Part shown: positions 35,380 through 48,005 of the stretch, piece by piece
Position numbering within the stretch: position 1 is the first letter of the stretch
How the letters are laid out: each line of letters opens with the position of its first letter
NCBI RefSeq assembly: GCF_004010195.1
Contig: NC_057718.1
Span: 74,444,210 to 74,495,971 of the forward strand
Reading direction: 5' to 3'
Length of the DNA stretch: 51,762 bases
Origin: Chiloscyllium plagiosum
Taxonomy: Eukaryota
Position numbers and translations under genes: made by a program
Notes under the pieces: model-generated
What the model was told of the DNA's origin: nothing
Seen by the model: only the letters and a program-made list of their open reading frames with translations
The model's database searches: none

Positions 35380-36690
35380 CCTCTTGCTGAGATATTTGTA
35401 TCATCGATAGTCATAGGTGAGATGCTGGAAGACTGGAGGTTGGCAAATGTGGTGCCACTGTTTAAGAAGGGCGGTAAAGACAAGCCAGGGAACTATAGAC
35501 CAGTGAGTCTGACCTCGATGGTGGGCAAGTTGTTGGAGGGAATCCTGAGGGACANNNNNNNNNNNNNNNNNNNNNNNNNNNNNNNNNNNNNNNNNNNNNN
35601 NNNNNNNNNNNNNNNNNNNNNNNNNNNNNNNNNNNNNNNNNNNNNNNNNNNNNNNNNNNNNNNNNNNNNNNNNNNNNNNNNNNNNNNNNNNNNNNNNNNN
35701 NNNNNNNNNNNNNNNNNNNNNNNNNNNNNNNNNNNNNNNNNNNNNNNNNNNNNNNNNNNNNNNNNNNNNNNNNNNNNNNNNNNNNNNNNNNNNNNNNNNN
35801 NNNNNNNNNNNNNNNNNNNNNNNNNNNNNNNNNNNNNNNNNNNNNNNNNNNNNNNNNNNNNNNNNNNNNNNNNNNNNNNNNNNNNNNNNNNNNNNNNNNN
35901 NNNNNNNNNNNNNNNNNNNNNNNNNNNNNNNNNNNNNNNNNNNNNNNNNNNNNNNNNNNNNNNNNNNNNNNNNNNNNNNNNNNNNNNNNNNNNNNNNNNN
36001 NNNNNNNNNNNNNNNNNNNNNNNNNNNNNNNNNNNNNNNNNNNNNNNNNNNNNNNNNNNNNNNNNNNNNNNNNNNNNNNNNNNNNNNNNNNNNNNNNNNN
36101 NNNNNNNNNNNNNNNNNNNNNNNNNNNNNNNNNNNNNNNNNNNNNNNNNNNNNNNNNNNNNNNNNNNNNNNNNNNNNNNNNNNNNNNNNNNNNNNNNNNN
36201 NNNNNNNNNNNNNNNNNNNNNNNNNNNNNNNNNNNNNNNNNNNNNNNNNNNNNNNNNNNNNNNNNNNNNNNNNNNNNNNNNNNNNNNNNNNNNNNNNNNN
36301 NNNNNNNNNNNNNNNNNNNNNNNNNNNNNNNNNNNNNNNNNNNNNNNNNNNNNNNNNNNNNNNNNNNNNNNNNNNNNNNNNNNNNNNNNNNNNNNNNNNN
36401 NNNNNNNNNNNNNNNNNNNNNAAGATATAAAAGAGACCTAAGGGGCAACTTTTTCACACAGAGGGTGGTACGAGTATGGAATGAGTTGCCAGAGGATGTG
36501 GTGGAGGCTGGTACTATTGCAACATTTAAGCGGCATTTGGATGGGTATATGAATAGGAAGGGTTTGGAGGGATATGGGCCGGGTGCTGGCAGGTGGGACT
36601 AGATTGGGTTGGGATATCTGATCGGCATGGATGGGTTGGACTGAAAGGTCTGTTTCCATGCTGTACATCTCTATGACTCTATGACTCTAT
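35380..36690 (+). mobile_element. CR1 spanning an N-gap
   Basis: EDWRLANVVPLFKKGGKDKPGNYRPVSL before the gap; 3' end with (CTATGACT)n after it. Confidence 0.88.
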
Positions 36691-37078
36691 AACATGGAAC
36701 AAAACAAGGTCAATGTTCACATCAAAACCACTAGAATGTTCCAAATTATTGAGGGACAGAGTAAGGAGGTTTGATATGCCCTAACAACATTTAAGATTTT
36801 GTTTTATACATTTCATCCGGCAAATGTTCCAGAACAAACTTCTGTATGCAACTAAAGTCAGAGTGAATGTTCCAGCCAACAATCCAACCAACCTTCATTA
36901 AATTCTGACAAGCAGAACATAATTAGAAGGTGGTAATGTAAAATTATGCAATGTCATGCTTCTCTGCTAAGATCAATACTGCACTTCGGAGACAAACAAA
37001 GAGAAAATATAAGTTGAGCACTCTTAGTCACTCTATTTCACTTCAATAGTTACTGTTGTGTACAATGCAATAGGGTGT

Positions 37079-37286
37079 GCCTATCGCATTCCCAATGCCC
37101 CTCCCCCAAGTCTGTCTCCCTACCTTTTATCTTATCCTGCTTGGCACACTCTCCTCATTCCTGAAGAAGGGCTTATGCCCGAAACGCGATTCTCCTGCTC
37201 CTTGGATGCTGCCTGACCTGCTGCGCTTTTCCAGCAACACATTTTTCAGCTCTGATCTCCAGCATCTGCAGTCCTCACTTTCTCCT
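37079..37286 (+). mobile_element. PLE pLTR fragment with damaged hammerhead
   Basis: CTGAAGA-A-GGGC-TTAT-GCCC-GAAA-CGCG (cleavage triplet damaged), followed by the tail. Confidence 0.8.
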
Positions 37287-39439
37287 AGTCAGTGGACTGG
37301 GCACTTAACATTTGGAGTTGTCCAGTTCATTTACTAAGCGGTGACCACAGTGAGTCCATTGGGTATGTCCACAGATAATAAGGGGGTTAGGGTTCGAACA
37401 AGGGGTGCATCTAATGGAAATAGACTCAGAAACTTCTTACTTGGGTTAGAAGGCTGCAGGTTGTGGAGAGAAAGGCATCAAGCAGGGTCACATCATATGC
37501 CAGGGGCTTGGAGGGGAGGTGGATATGTGCAGACTCTTGTAGTTGGGTTTGTGGGGACCCAGGGACATGCCAAGTTTACGGAATTTACAGGGATGACTAT
37601 GATGAGGGGAATCTGAATCATTGCAGCCTCATCGATGTTTAGTGGTGGGGGCTGGAAGCCACTGGTCAAACAGCGCTCACTTGCCTTCCATCATGCTGGA
37701 AATCAAAAGTACACAATGGGGAAGAAAATAGCTATGACTACACCAGGTGTGGGTGGATAAGTGTCTTGACCTGTGAGGGAGGGTGTCATAGAACCCAGTG
37801 ATATGAGGACTTTTAAAAGGAACATCATAACACACAGACCCAACACTGTACAGGACACAGACTTGGATGGTCCCTAATGACTGGCCATTGTAATGAACTG
37901 GCTCCCTGTGCAGCATACACCTCTCTACCCAAAACAACATCACCCATCTCATTCACATCAAACATTTGGACAAAGTGGTCAGAAACAGAACAGGGATGGT
38001 TTAGGATGCGGTGCAATGCTGTCAACAGGATAACTGCCCGATATATACCTTGTTCATTGTTGTTTCAAAAGCTGCCACTGCTCTCACCACAGACATCGAA
38101 CCGCATGTGGACATGAATTTAGATATCATGCTGGCACAGTCACATTTGGGGTTACACAGAGACTCAAACAAATAAATGTAGAATCAAAACAATTACACTT
38201 ATACAGACTTGAGAATTGACATATAATGCAATGTCACCCGCTCCTCTATAGTGCCCTCAGTAGATTTTCGACTTTTTCTCCCTCCACTAAGTCTCAGTGT
38301 AATCCCTGATTCTGCAGCTGGGGAATGAAGGGGGCATGCTCAGCAGTGAAGCCTGCTGGCCCCAAAGGTTTGTTTGGGTGATCTGGGGGCACATGTGTTT
38401 TGATGGCATAAACATGCCTTGTCTTCTTGCCAAAGGCTGATTAATTCCCTTTGACTCGACCTTCCTAAGGTCAAAGGGGAATGAATAGGGAGGGGCTTGA
38501 GGGCCTGGCCACTTTTGGAATGTCAGAGATAAGACTTCTGGGAGACTTGCATGTTGTTCCTTCTCAGGTTGGGTGCCTCCTGGCATTGCCTTATCTGCTT
38601 GTGAGGAAGAGGCACCGGGAATGCTCACCACATCCCTCATACCTCTATTGCTCTGACTTTGGTCCTGAAGTCCAATAGCTGTAGTATTAACATGCAGATA
38701 TGTGTGCCTCTAGAGCAGATCCTGAGGCTGCTGGACTGGCTCTACATTGCATCTGCTAATCTATCGTTGGAAGTGAGCAGATGATTGTTTGAATCATTGC
38801 ACAATTGCAACTTCTGGGTAATGAGATCCAAAACACTCCATATGCTTGCCTGTAGTTCATATTGCTCTCTGTGCATTCTAATGAAGTCCCTGATTTTTGA
38901 CATCACAGGGTCCTCTCCCTGCCTTGTACTGGGAAGGTGCCTGCTCCCTACAATCCTCCAGTCTTCTGCCAGTTGCTGGGGCATTTGATCCTTGGCTTCG
39001 AAGTTGTCATAGACTCTTACTAGATTCTGTTTCTAAACATCGTAACGCTAATATTCTCACCAAGGTATCAGTGCTTGAGCTGGTGGGAAGTACAGGAGGC
39101 AGCCTTGCTAATGCTTTCTCTGAGGACTCTAAACTCTTATTCTCAGAGATTGAGGAGGTAGCTTTTGGCTGAGTTGGGTGTGGTTGATATCCCTGATGTA
39201 CCTACAAGACTACAGAGAGAAAAGGCAGAATGGTCTGCTTTCAACAGCAAAGTACACTGACTGACTGACAGTGGGGTCACTGTGAGAGTTGCAGTGAAAT
39301 GAAGAATGCTACATGCTTGTTTGACAGGTGATGATGAGGCCTTAAAGGAGCGAGGGCCAGGATTTACTGCTGTTTGAGCATGAAGACTTTGAATGTTGGC
39401 TACAACTCCACTCATCTGAGCCTTTTTGGCCCAATTACA

Positions 39440-41600
39440 GAGTCAAAGAGTCATAGAGATCTACAGCACAGAAAAAGATCCTTTGGCCCATTGTGCTGTG
39501 TTGGTCAAAAGCAATCATCTAACTATTCTCATCTCATTTATCAGGATGTGGCCTGTAGGTTTGTATTCCTTGGTACCACAAATGTACATCTATATACTTC
39601 TTAAATTTATGAAGGTTTCTGCCTCTACCACTTCTACAGGTAATGAGTTCCAGATTCCCACCACCCTCTGGATGAAATGGTTTTTCCTCACATCTCTGCT
39701 AAATCTTCTGCCCTTCACCTTAAATCCATAGCCTCTGGTCACTGATCCCTCCATCAAGGAGAAATGTCTCGTCCTAACTACCCTATCTCTGCCCCTCATA
39801 ATTTTATACATCTCAATCAAGTTCTCTCTCAATCTCCTCAATTGGAAGGAAAGCAATCCCATTTGGTGGCTGGGGTGGGGGTGGGGGGGGAGGAGGGGAG
39901 TGCGTGGAATGGGTGGTGTTACTATACTTGCACATCAGGAACCCTCTAATCCTCAGTGCTTCCCAGGGTTCTACCATTCATCATGTATTTCCTTTCCTTG
40001 TTTGTCCTGCCCAAATGCATCATCACACATTTATCCAGATTGAATTCCATTTGCTACTGATCAGCCTGTCTGACCAGCTGATCTATATCCTCCTGTTATC
40101 TAAGGCTATTCTCCATACCCCATATGCAAACTTGCTGATCAACATCTATACATTTAAGTCCAGGAGCAAATTACTGCAAATGCTGAAATCTGTACTGAAA
40201 ACAACAAATGCTGGGGATCACAACGGGTTAGACAGCATCCATGGAGTGAGAGCAAGCTAATGTTTCGAGTCTAGATGACCCTTCATCAGAGCTGAAGTGC
40301 AGTGTGGAGGGGGCAGCATTTATTCCATAGTTAGGGGCAGGGATTGGAATGTAGAGTGCTGGGGTGATAGTTCAGATTAAGTGATTGGAATGTGAGAATG
40401 ACATAACAATGGTGTCTAACTGCCAGACCTGAAAGAACAGTCCCACTGGAATGGGGGAAGGGTAGAGAGGACATGCTGACAAAGAATGTAACAACTAAAG
40501 CTAAAAGAAGGAGAAGGCACGGTCATTGGTTCACAATTTGAAGGTGCTGAATTCACAAATATGAAGTCCAAAAGGCTGTAATGAGCCTAGTCTGAAGATG
40601 AGACGTTGTTCCTCCAGATTTTTTGCACTGTGATTCACTGGAGCATTGTAGCATGCTGAGGACAGACATGTGGGTGTGTTAAAATGATTGGCTACAGGAA
40701 GGTCGGGGTCTTGCTAGCGCACAGGCTGGAGATGTTCTGCAAAGCGGTCACCCAGTCTGGGTTCTCCAATGCACAGTAGGCCACATTGGGTGCAACAAAT
40801 ACAATACACAAGATTGGAGGCAGAAATGGTGAAAAGCTGCTTCACCTGGAAAGACTGTTTTGGCCCTTGGATGGTGAGCAGGGAAGAGGTAAAAGGGCAG
40901 GTTGAACCTTCTGTGGTTACATGGGAAGGTGCCGTGGGAAGGGGGTTAGTGGCTAAGGAAAGGACTAGGGTGTCTTAGAGGGAACGATCCCTGAATCATT
41001 GATATAAACCAGAAACAGCAAGGGCCCCAATACCAATCCCTGTGGGACTCCATTGGATACAGGAATTCCAGTCAGAAAAATACACCTCAACCAACACTTT
41101 CTGCTTCTTGCCACCCAACCAAATATGAATCCCATGGCTATTATCCACACAGGCCCTTATCAAAAGCCTTGCTGACGTCCAAGTAGACGACATAAAAAAC
41201 ATTGCTCTCATCTACACAGCTGGTTACATCTTGGAAAAATTCCATCAAATTGGCCAGACATGGTTTTCCCTTAACAAACTTGCTGACTGTTCTTGATTAA
41301 TTCCTGGGATTAATTCTGTTCTTCAGAATTGCTTCTAATAGCTTCCCCACACTAAGGTCAGACTGATTGGCCTGTAGTTCCCTGGTTTATATCTAACTCC
41401 CTTCTTGAACAATGGTACCACATTGGCTGCCCTCCAGTTCTCTGGCACCTCTCCAGAGAGGAACAAAAATGTTTGCAACCATCTATGTTATTCTCTCCCT
41501 TGCTTCACTCAACAAACTGGGATACATTTTGTCCACCCCTTGAGATTTTTCTGTTTTTAAGGCTGCTGGATCCCTCAAAACCTTCTGTCAGTGTTAATTT
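39440..41600 (-). mobile_element. CR1 fragment split by a PLE
   Basis: HFIQRVVGIWNSLP at 39590-39862; GVPQGLVLGPLLFLVYIND at ~40995-41070; RT N-terminus to ~41600. Confidence 0.85.
40162..40995 (-). mobile_element. 5'-truncated PLE (GIY-YIG plus pLTR with hammerhead)
   Basis: GPKQSFQVKQLF...NLVYCICCTQCGLLCIGE; AGCT-CTGATGA-A-GGGTC-ATCTA-GACTC-GAAA-CA-TT-AGCT at 40255-40293. Confidence 0.85.
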
Positions 41601-41617
41601 CTTTAATTGTATCCCAA

Positions 41618-41804
41618 GTTGATAGAGTGTGGTGCTGGAAAAAGCACATCAGGTCAGACTGCATCCGAGGAGCATGAGAGTCACAGTTTCAGGCAGGACC
41701 CTTCGTTAGGACTGCTCCTCAGATGCTTCCTCATTTCCTGTGCTCTTTCCAGCGCCACACTCTATCGACTCTGATTCTACATCATCTGTGGTCTTCACTA
41801 TCTC
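41618..41804. mobile_element. Inverted PLE-pLTR-derived element
   Basis: GATAGAGTGTGGTGCTGGAAA / TTTCCAGCGCCACACTCTATC arms; 15-bp TSD (1 mismatch) at 41603-41617 and 41805-41819. Confidence 0.8.
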
Positions 41805-42119
41805 TTAATTGTATCACAAACCTTCTGGGAAATCTTCTCTTGAAATGAGAGAAAGCGATCAACTGAATGAGATGGAATTGGGTAGCAGGCTATATGTGCT
41901 GGTGCAGATGGTTGAAAGATTTTGAAGTGTCAAGTACGAGTGCATATTAGTTCAGAGACAGTGCAAAGGTTAGTTAGAGGGAATATGAGTGAGTGAAGGA
42001 AGATGATACAGGCAATCATGAGAGTGGCAGAGCATGATCCTAGGTGGGGAGTGGGTATAGTAAAAGTGAAAGAATGAGAATGAGGTAGCAGAGAGAACAG
42101 TATGGTCCTTTTCCGAGTA

Positions 42120-42649
42120 GAGCGCAGAAGGTCATTGACCTTTTTATGGAACTATTGGTAGTTTCACTAACCATTGAGCAGAGCCAGCTTGCAATCTGGA
42201 ACCAGGCTGTCAGGGTCTGATGGCATGGTTTCTTCTGCTGGTCTTTGGGAAGAAGACATTCTTTATTTGCATCACCCTGTCCATGATGACCTTAAGTGCC
42301 TTGTAGAGAAACATGCTGCCATGTTCCCTTTCTCCAACATCTTCAGATTCTGTTCATCAATGAGCAGGACAGCTTTGGAATGTTAGTGTTCTTGCAGTGG
42401 CCCTTTAAATATGGTAATGGTGCCAGGGGTGTTTATGTTTCAACAGATATCGAGTGAGTGGCAGATTATTCGGGGATCAATGGGTGGTGACCTGGAGATA
42501 TAATGAGGTATGAAAAGGTGATATGGGTGGAGTAGGTAGTTAATGAAGAGTGTGTGTTATAACATGATACAATATCTTACTGAGTCTTGTGGCAAGAATA
42601 CTTCCCTCAATGCAACTGGCACATGGCCAAAAAAGCACAAGAATCAGCC
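42120..42649 (-). mobile_element. Second Harbinger-like Myb/SANT remnant
   Basis: MLEKGNMAACFS start at ~42340; AWFQIA...KKVNDLLR in shifted frames; upstream motifs match 35101-35334. Confidence 0.5.
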
Positions 42650-42829
42650 AGAAGGTGGTTGACAGAAATCACCAGAAAACTGAACTGCAAAGGCCAGACA
42701 GTAATGCTGGTACAGTGAGCAATGCCCATGAGTGAATAAACAAAAAGATTGGTCTTGTTGGTTCTTTGTGGCTAAAAGCAGACAGACTGATGTGTTACCA
42801 CTATCTCAATCATAAATTATTATTTTTTT

Positions 42830-43098
42830 TTAGATTACTTACAATGTGAAACAGGCCCCTCGGCCCAACAAGTCCACACCGACCCTCCGAAGAGCAACCC
42901 ACCCAGACCCATTCCCCTACATTTACCCCTTCACCTAACACTACGAGCAATTTAACATGGCCAGTTCACCTAACCTGCACATCTTTGGACTGTGGGAGGA
43001 AACCGGAGCACTCGGAGGAAACCCACGCAGACAAAGGGAGAATGTGCAAAATCCACACAGACAGTTGCCCGAGGCAGGAATTGAATCCAGATCTCTGG
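42830..43098 (-). mobile_element. HE1-type V-SINE (head truncated)
   Basis: V domain and tail collinear with 17401-17716. Confidence 0.9.
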
Positions 43099-43560
43099 AT
43101 ACTCAGCATGGTTTTGTCAGGGTCAGATAATATCTAACAGATTTGACAGAGTTTCAAAGAGATGACTAAGCATGGAGATGAGGGTATTGTAGTTGACATA
43201 GTCTAAGTAAACTTAAGTAAGACTTTTGACAAGATGTTGCATGGGAGACTTGTCTAGAAGGTTACAACCCGTGGGATCCAGGGCTGCTAAGATTGTTTTA
43301 GTATCAGGAGGCAGATTGTTTTTTTTGTGACTCAAAGCTTTTGCCAGTGATATACTGTTGTTGTGTACATAAATGATCTAAATATAGGAGGTTTGATCAA
43401 TAAGTTTACAAAAAAATTGACAATATGGTAAACAGTGAGGAAGAAAGCATTACATTGAGGATTACATAGATGGGCTGGTCAGATGGGCAGGATTGTGGAA
43501 AATGGAATTTAATTTGAGGAGTAAGAGGTAATGCATTTTGGGAAGACTAATAGAGGGCAT
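43099..43560 (+). mobile_element. Decayed CR1 RT fragment
   Basis: QHGFVRVR, SKTFDKMLHGRL, MHFGKTN motifs. Confidence 0.7.
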
Positions 43561-43599
43561 TGCTGAGAAGCAGAACAGAGGATGTTGTTGAGAAGCAAC

Positions 43600-45254
43600 T
43601 GAGGAGGATTCTGGGAGGAGTTGTCTCAGTCACTGAGACTGAGGAGGGGAGCGCAGAAGAGCTGATATCAGCAAATGGTGAAACGGCATCTAACAGAGGG
43701 CGCTGCTGAGAAACGACTCAGGAGGGTTCTGGGGGGACTCATCTCAGTCACTGCCCATGAGCGAACAAAAGTGATTGAGGAGTGGCCATTTTTGGAGTGG
43801 TCATTTTGAGACAGGCAGTTTTGTGGTTGACGAGCTACTGGGCATTTAAGTATAGTCTTAAGTGAATACAAGGCTTTGGTGAGGAGGGTGATCAGCAGCA
43901 AGGTAAGGCAGTTGGAGGAGGAGTAAATTATTGCAGCTGCTGAAGGCCATGAGGGTAAAGGTTAGAAGAAGGAAGTTGAAACATGAAGTCACAGGGAGGA
44001 GGTATATGAGTGGCTGATGACTGGTGAGTAGCTTTTCTTTTGTCTTATTTTCTCTTGGCTGTTGTTGTTAAGTTAATTTAAGAGTTAAGTCATGGCAGGA
44101 GATCCTAGACCTGCGTCATGCTCCTCCTGTGCAAAGTGGGAATTCAGGGGTCCTTCCGATGTCCCTGACTCCTTCATGTGCAGGAAGTATGTCCAGCCGC
44201 AGCTCCTGTCTGAAGGCTTGACAACTCGAAAGTCATAGAGTCATAGAGATGTACAGCACAGAAACAGACTTTTCGGTGCAACTTGTCGACACTGACCAGA
44301 TATCCTAAATTAATCTAGTCCCATTGCCAGCACTTGGCCCATATCCCTCTAAACCCTTCCAATCATATACCCATCCAGATGCCTTTTAAATGTTGTAATT
44401 GTACCAGCCTCTACCATTTCCTTTGGCAGCTCAGTCCATAGATGCACTACCGTTTGTATGAAAAAGTTGACCCATGGGTCCCTTTTATATCTTTGCCCTC
44501 TCACGCTAAACCTATGCCCTCTAGTTCTGGACTCCCCCACCTTGGGGAAAATGGTCTATTTATTCTATCCTTGAAGGTCATGATTTTATAAACACCTATA
44601 AATGTTACCCCTCAGCCTCCGATGCTCCAGGGAAAATAACCCCAGCCTATTCAATCTCTCCCTATAGCTCAAATCCTCCAATCCTGGCAACAGCATTGTA
44701 AATCTTTTCTGAACCCTTTCAAGTTTCAGACCATCCTTCCAATGAGAGAGAGACCAGAATGATACACAATATTCCAAAAGAGGTCTAACCAATGTCCTGA
44801 ACAACCACAACATTGAACATCCACAAGGCTGCGGGAATCATGGATAGCACAATCAGTAAATTGGTCACAGCGTAGATAAAAATTATTGATGAATATAAGG
44901 AATGGGTGACCAAAAGACCAAAAGACAGAGGAGAAGTAGGAAGGTAGTAGTATAGAAATCCTCTGCAGCCATCTCTCTCCAAAACAAGTATACTATATTA
45001 GATACTGTTGGGGGGAGATGGCCCACCAGGGGCAGGCAACTGCAGCTGGCTCTGCTGCACAGGAGGGCAGGAAAAAGAGTGGCAAAGCTATAGTAATAGT
45101 GGATTCAATTTGTGGAATAGTTCTATTCAATAGTGGAATAGACAGGTGTTTCTCCGGCAAGAAAAAAAGGAATGGTATGTTGCGTCCATGGTGCAAGGAT
45201 CCAGGATGTCTCGGAGCAGCTGCAGGACATTCTGGAGGGGGAAGCTGAACAGCC
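43600..45254 (+). mobile_element. CR1 5' region and ORF1 (Cys-rich N-terminus, esterase start)
   Basis: ATG at 44092: MAGDPRPASCSSCAKWE...FMCRKYVQ; KAIVIVDSI; MVCCVHGARIQDVSEQLQDILEGE. Confidence 0.78.
44232..44812 (-). mobile_element. CR1 3' fragment nested in CR1 ORF1
   Basis: RPLLEYCVSFWS...TFKRHLDGYM; (CTATGACT)n tail. Confidence 0.9.
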
Positions 45255-45754
45255 NNNNNNNNNNNNNNNNNNNNNNNNNNNNNNNNNNNNNNNNNNNNNN
45301 NNNNNNNNNNNNNNNNNNNNNNNNNNNNNNNNNNNNNNNNNNNNNNNNNNNNNNNNNNNNNNNNNNNNNNNNNNNNNNNNNNNNNNNNNNNNNNNNNNNN
45401 NNNNNNNNNNNNNNNNNNNNNNNNNNNNNNNNNNNNNNNNNNNNNNNNNNNNNNNNNNNNNNNNNNNNNNNNNNNNNNNNNNNNNNNNNNNNNNNNNNNN
45501 NNNNNNNNNNNNNNNNNNNNNNNNNNNNNNNNNNNNNNNNNNNNNNNNNNNNNNNNNNNNNNNNNNNNNNNNNNNNNNNNNNNNNNNNNNNNNNNNNNNN
45601 NNNNNNNNNNNNNNNNNNNNNNNNNNNNNNNNNNNNNNNNNNNNNNNNNNNNNNNNNNNNNNNNNNNNNNNNNNNNNNNNNNNNNNNNNNNNNNNNNNNN
45701 NNNNNNNNNNNNNNNNNNNNNNNNNNNNNNNNNNNNNNNNNNNNNNNNNNNNNN

Positions 45755-46000
45755 CAACTCGGTACTGCCCTCCTGACCTGTCCATCACCTTTCCCATCTA
45801 TCCACTCCACCCACCTTTCCGACCTTCTCCCCCACCTTCATCTACCTATCGCATTCCCAGCTACCTTCCCCCCAACCCCGCCCTCTTTCTATTTATCTAT
45901 CAGTCCCCTGGCCCACAAGCCTCATTCCCTTTGAAGGGCATATGCTCGAAATGTTGATTCTCCTGTTCCTCGGATGCTGCCTTATCTGTGCTTTTCCAGT
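45755..46000 (+). mobile_element. PLE pLTR fragment
   Basis: Homologous to 37079-37230; hammerhead core mutated. Confidence 0.75.
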
Positions 46001-48005
46001 GTATACAATACACAAAATTGGAGAGATACAGGTGAAATGCTGCTTCACCTGAAAAGACTGTTTCAGCTCCTGGATGGAGCTGGTGAGGGGGCAGGTATTG
46101 TCCCTTCTGTGGTTATATGGGAAGGTGTCGTGGGAAGGGGTGGTGGTGTTGGTGGTCAAGGAATGGACTAGGGTGTCACAGAGGGAATGATCCCTGCAAA
46201 ATGCAGACAAGTGAAGCGAGGGGAAGATGTGTTTGGTGGTGACAATCTGTCAGAGTTGACTGAAATGGTGGAGAATGACGCTTTGAATGCGGAGGCTGGT
46301 GAGGTAAAACATGAGAACAAGGAGGACCCAAACATGCTGTTGTGAGTGATGGGAAGGGACAAGGATGGATGCACAGGTGATAAGTTGGATGCGGGTGAGG
46401 GCCCTGTCAACCATAGTGGGCGGGAAACCCCGGTTATGGAAGAAGGAAGCTATATCAGCAGTGCTGTTTTGGAAGGTGGCATCATCTGAACACATGTGGG
46501 CGGCATGGTGTCACAGTGGTTAGCACTGCTGCCTCACAGTGCCAGAGACCCGGGTTCAATTCCTGCCTCAGGCGACTCTCTGTGTGGAGTTTGCACATTC
46601 TCCCTGTGGGTTTCCTCCGGGTGCTCCGGTTCCCTCCCACAATCCAAAAATGTGCAGGTTAGGTGAATTGGCCATGCTAAATTGCCCATAGTGTTAGGTG
46701 AAGGGGTAAATGTAGGGGAATGGGTCTGGGTGGGTCGCGCTTCAGCGGGTCGGTGTGGACTTGTTGGGCTGAAGGGCCTGTTTCCACACTGTAAGTAATC
46801 TAAAAAAACAAACATACGACATAGGCAAAGGAACTGAGAGAATGAGGTGGAATTCTTGCAGGACATGGGGTGGGAAGAGCTGTTGTAAAGATAGCTATGA
46901 GAGCTAGTGGCTTTGTAGTAGATTGCAGTGGAACATTTGTTTCCTGAAATGGAGACAGCGCGGTCAAGGAAAGGAAGGGAAGTGTCAGAAAGGGACGATG
47001 TGAAAGTTACAGAGGCATGGAAACTGGAGGCAAAATGAACACATTTTTCAAGGTTCTGGCGGGAGCCACTCCTTTGATTTGGCAGAAGTGAGATGAATTA
47101 AAGGAGAAATTGTTCAGTGAGAGAACAAGTTCAACCAAGCGGAGGAGAGTGGTGGTGGATGGGGATTGTTCAGGCATCTGGTTGAGGAAGAAGCTGAGAG
47201 CTCTCAGATCATCCTGCTGGGGAACGCAAGTGTCAAGGGATTGGACATCCATGGTGAAGAGGAGGCAGTTAGGGCCAGGGAACTTGAAATTATCAGTATG
47301 GTAGAGGGCATCTGAGGAATTGCAGATGTAGTGGGGGCAGGGTCTTGACAAGTGGAGAGGGGATGGAGTCAAGGTAGGAGGAAAAGAGCTCTGTGGGGCA
47401 GGAACAAACTGATACAATGGAACTACCAGAACAATCCGGTTTGTGGATTTTGGAAAGGAGGTAGAAGCAAGCTATCCGGGGTTGGAGGCAGTTGGGGCAA
47501 GATCTCAATGGAGGTGATGGGATTGGTGACAGTCCTGGTAAAAATGGCTTGATGTTTGGATGTGGGGTCATGGTCCGGGGGAGGTAGGAAGAAATGTCTG
47601 AGAGTTGGTGTTGATCCTCCACAAGGTAAAGATCAGTGCGCCGGACTATAACGGCACCATCTCTGTCAGCAGATTTAATAACAAAGTTAAGGTTGGACCT
47701 GAGAGAGCGAAGTGCTGCAACTTCAGAAGTGGACAGGTTAGAATGGGTGAGAGGAGCAGAGAAATTGAGACAGATGATTCATACCAGTAGTTTTCAATGA
47801 AGAGACTGAGGGCAGGTAAGGGGCCAGGGAAAGGGGTTCAAGTGGAGGGTGAATATTGGCGGTAGGTGAAGGGATAAGTGCAAGTCCTCCCCAAAGAAGT
47901 CAGCATGGAGACAAAGGCAGGGGAAGAACAGTTCAATGTCAGGGTGAGTCCGAAATTCATTAACATGGGCACATGGGTGTAGGAAGCTGAGTCCTTTGCC
48001 GATAA
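46001..48005 (-). mobile_element. Penelope-like element RT and linker remnant
   Basis: PRIACFYLLSKIHKPDC, LLFTMDVQSLDT, LVLSLNNFSFN...QIKGVA, SFSQFLCLCR|MCSDD, QSFQVKQHFTC. Confidence 0.9.
46498..46802 (+). mobile_element. Full-length HE1-type V-SINE inserted in PLE RT
   Basis: tRNA head, GGTTCAATTCC B box, V domain and tail. Confidence 0.92.
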
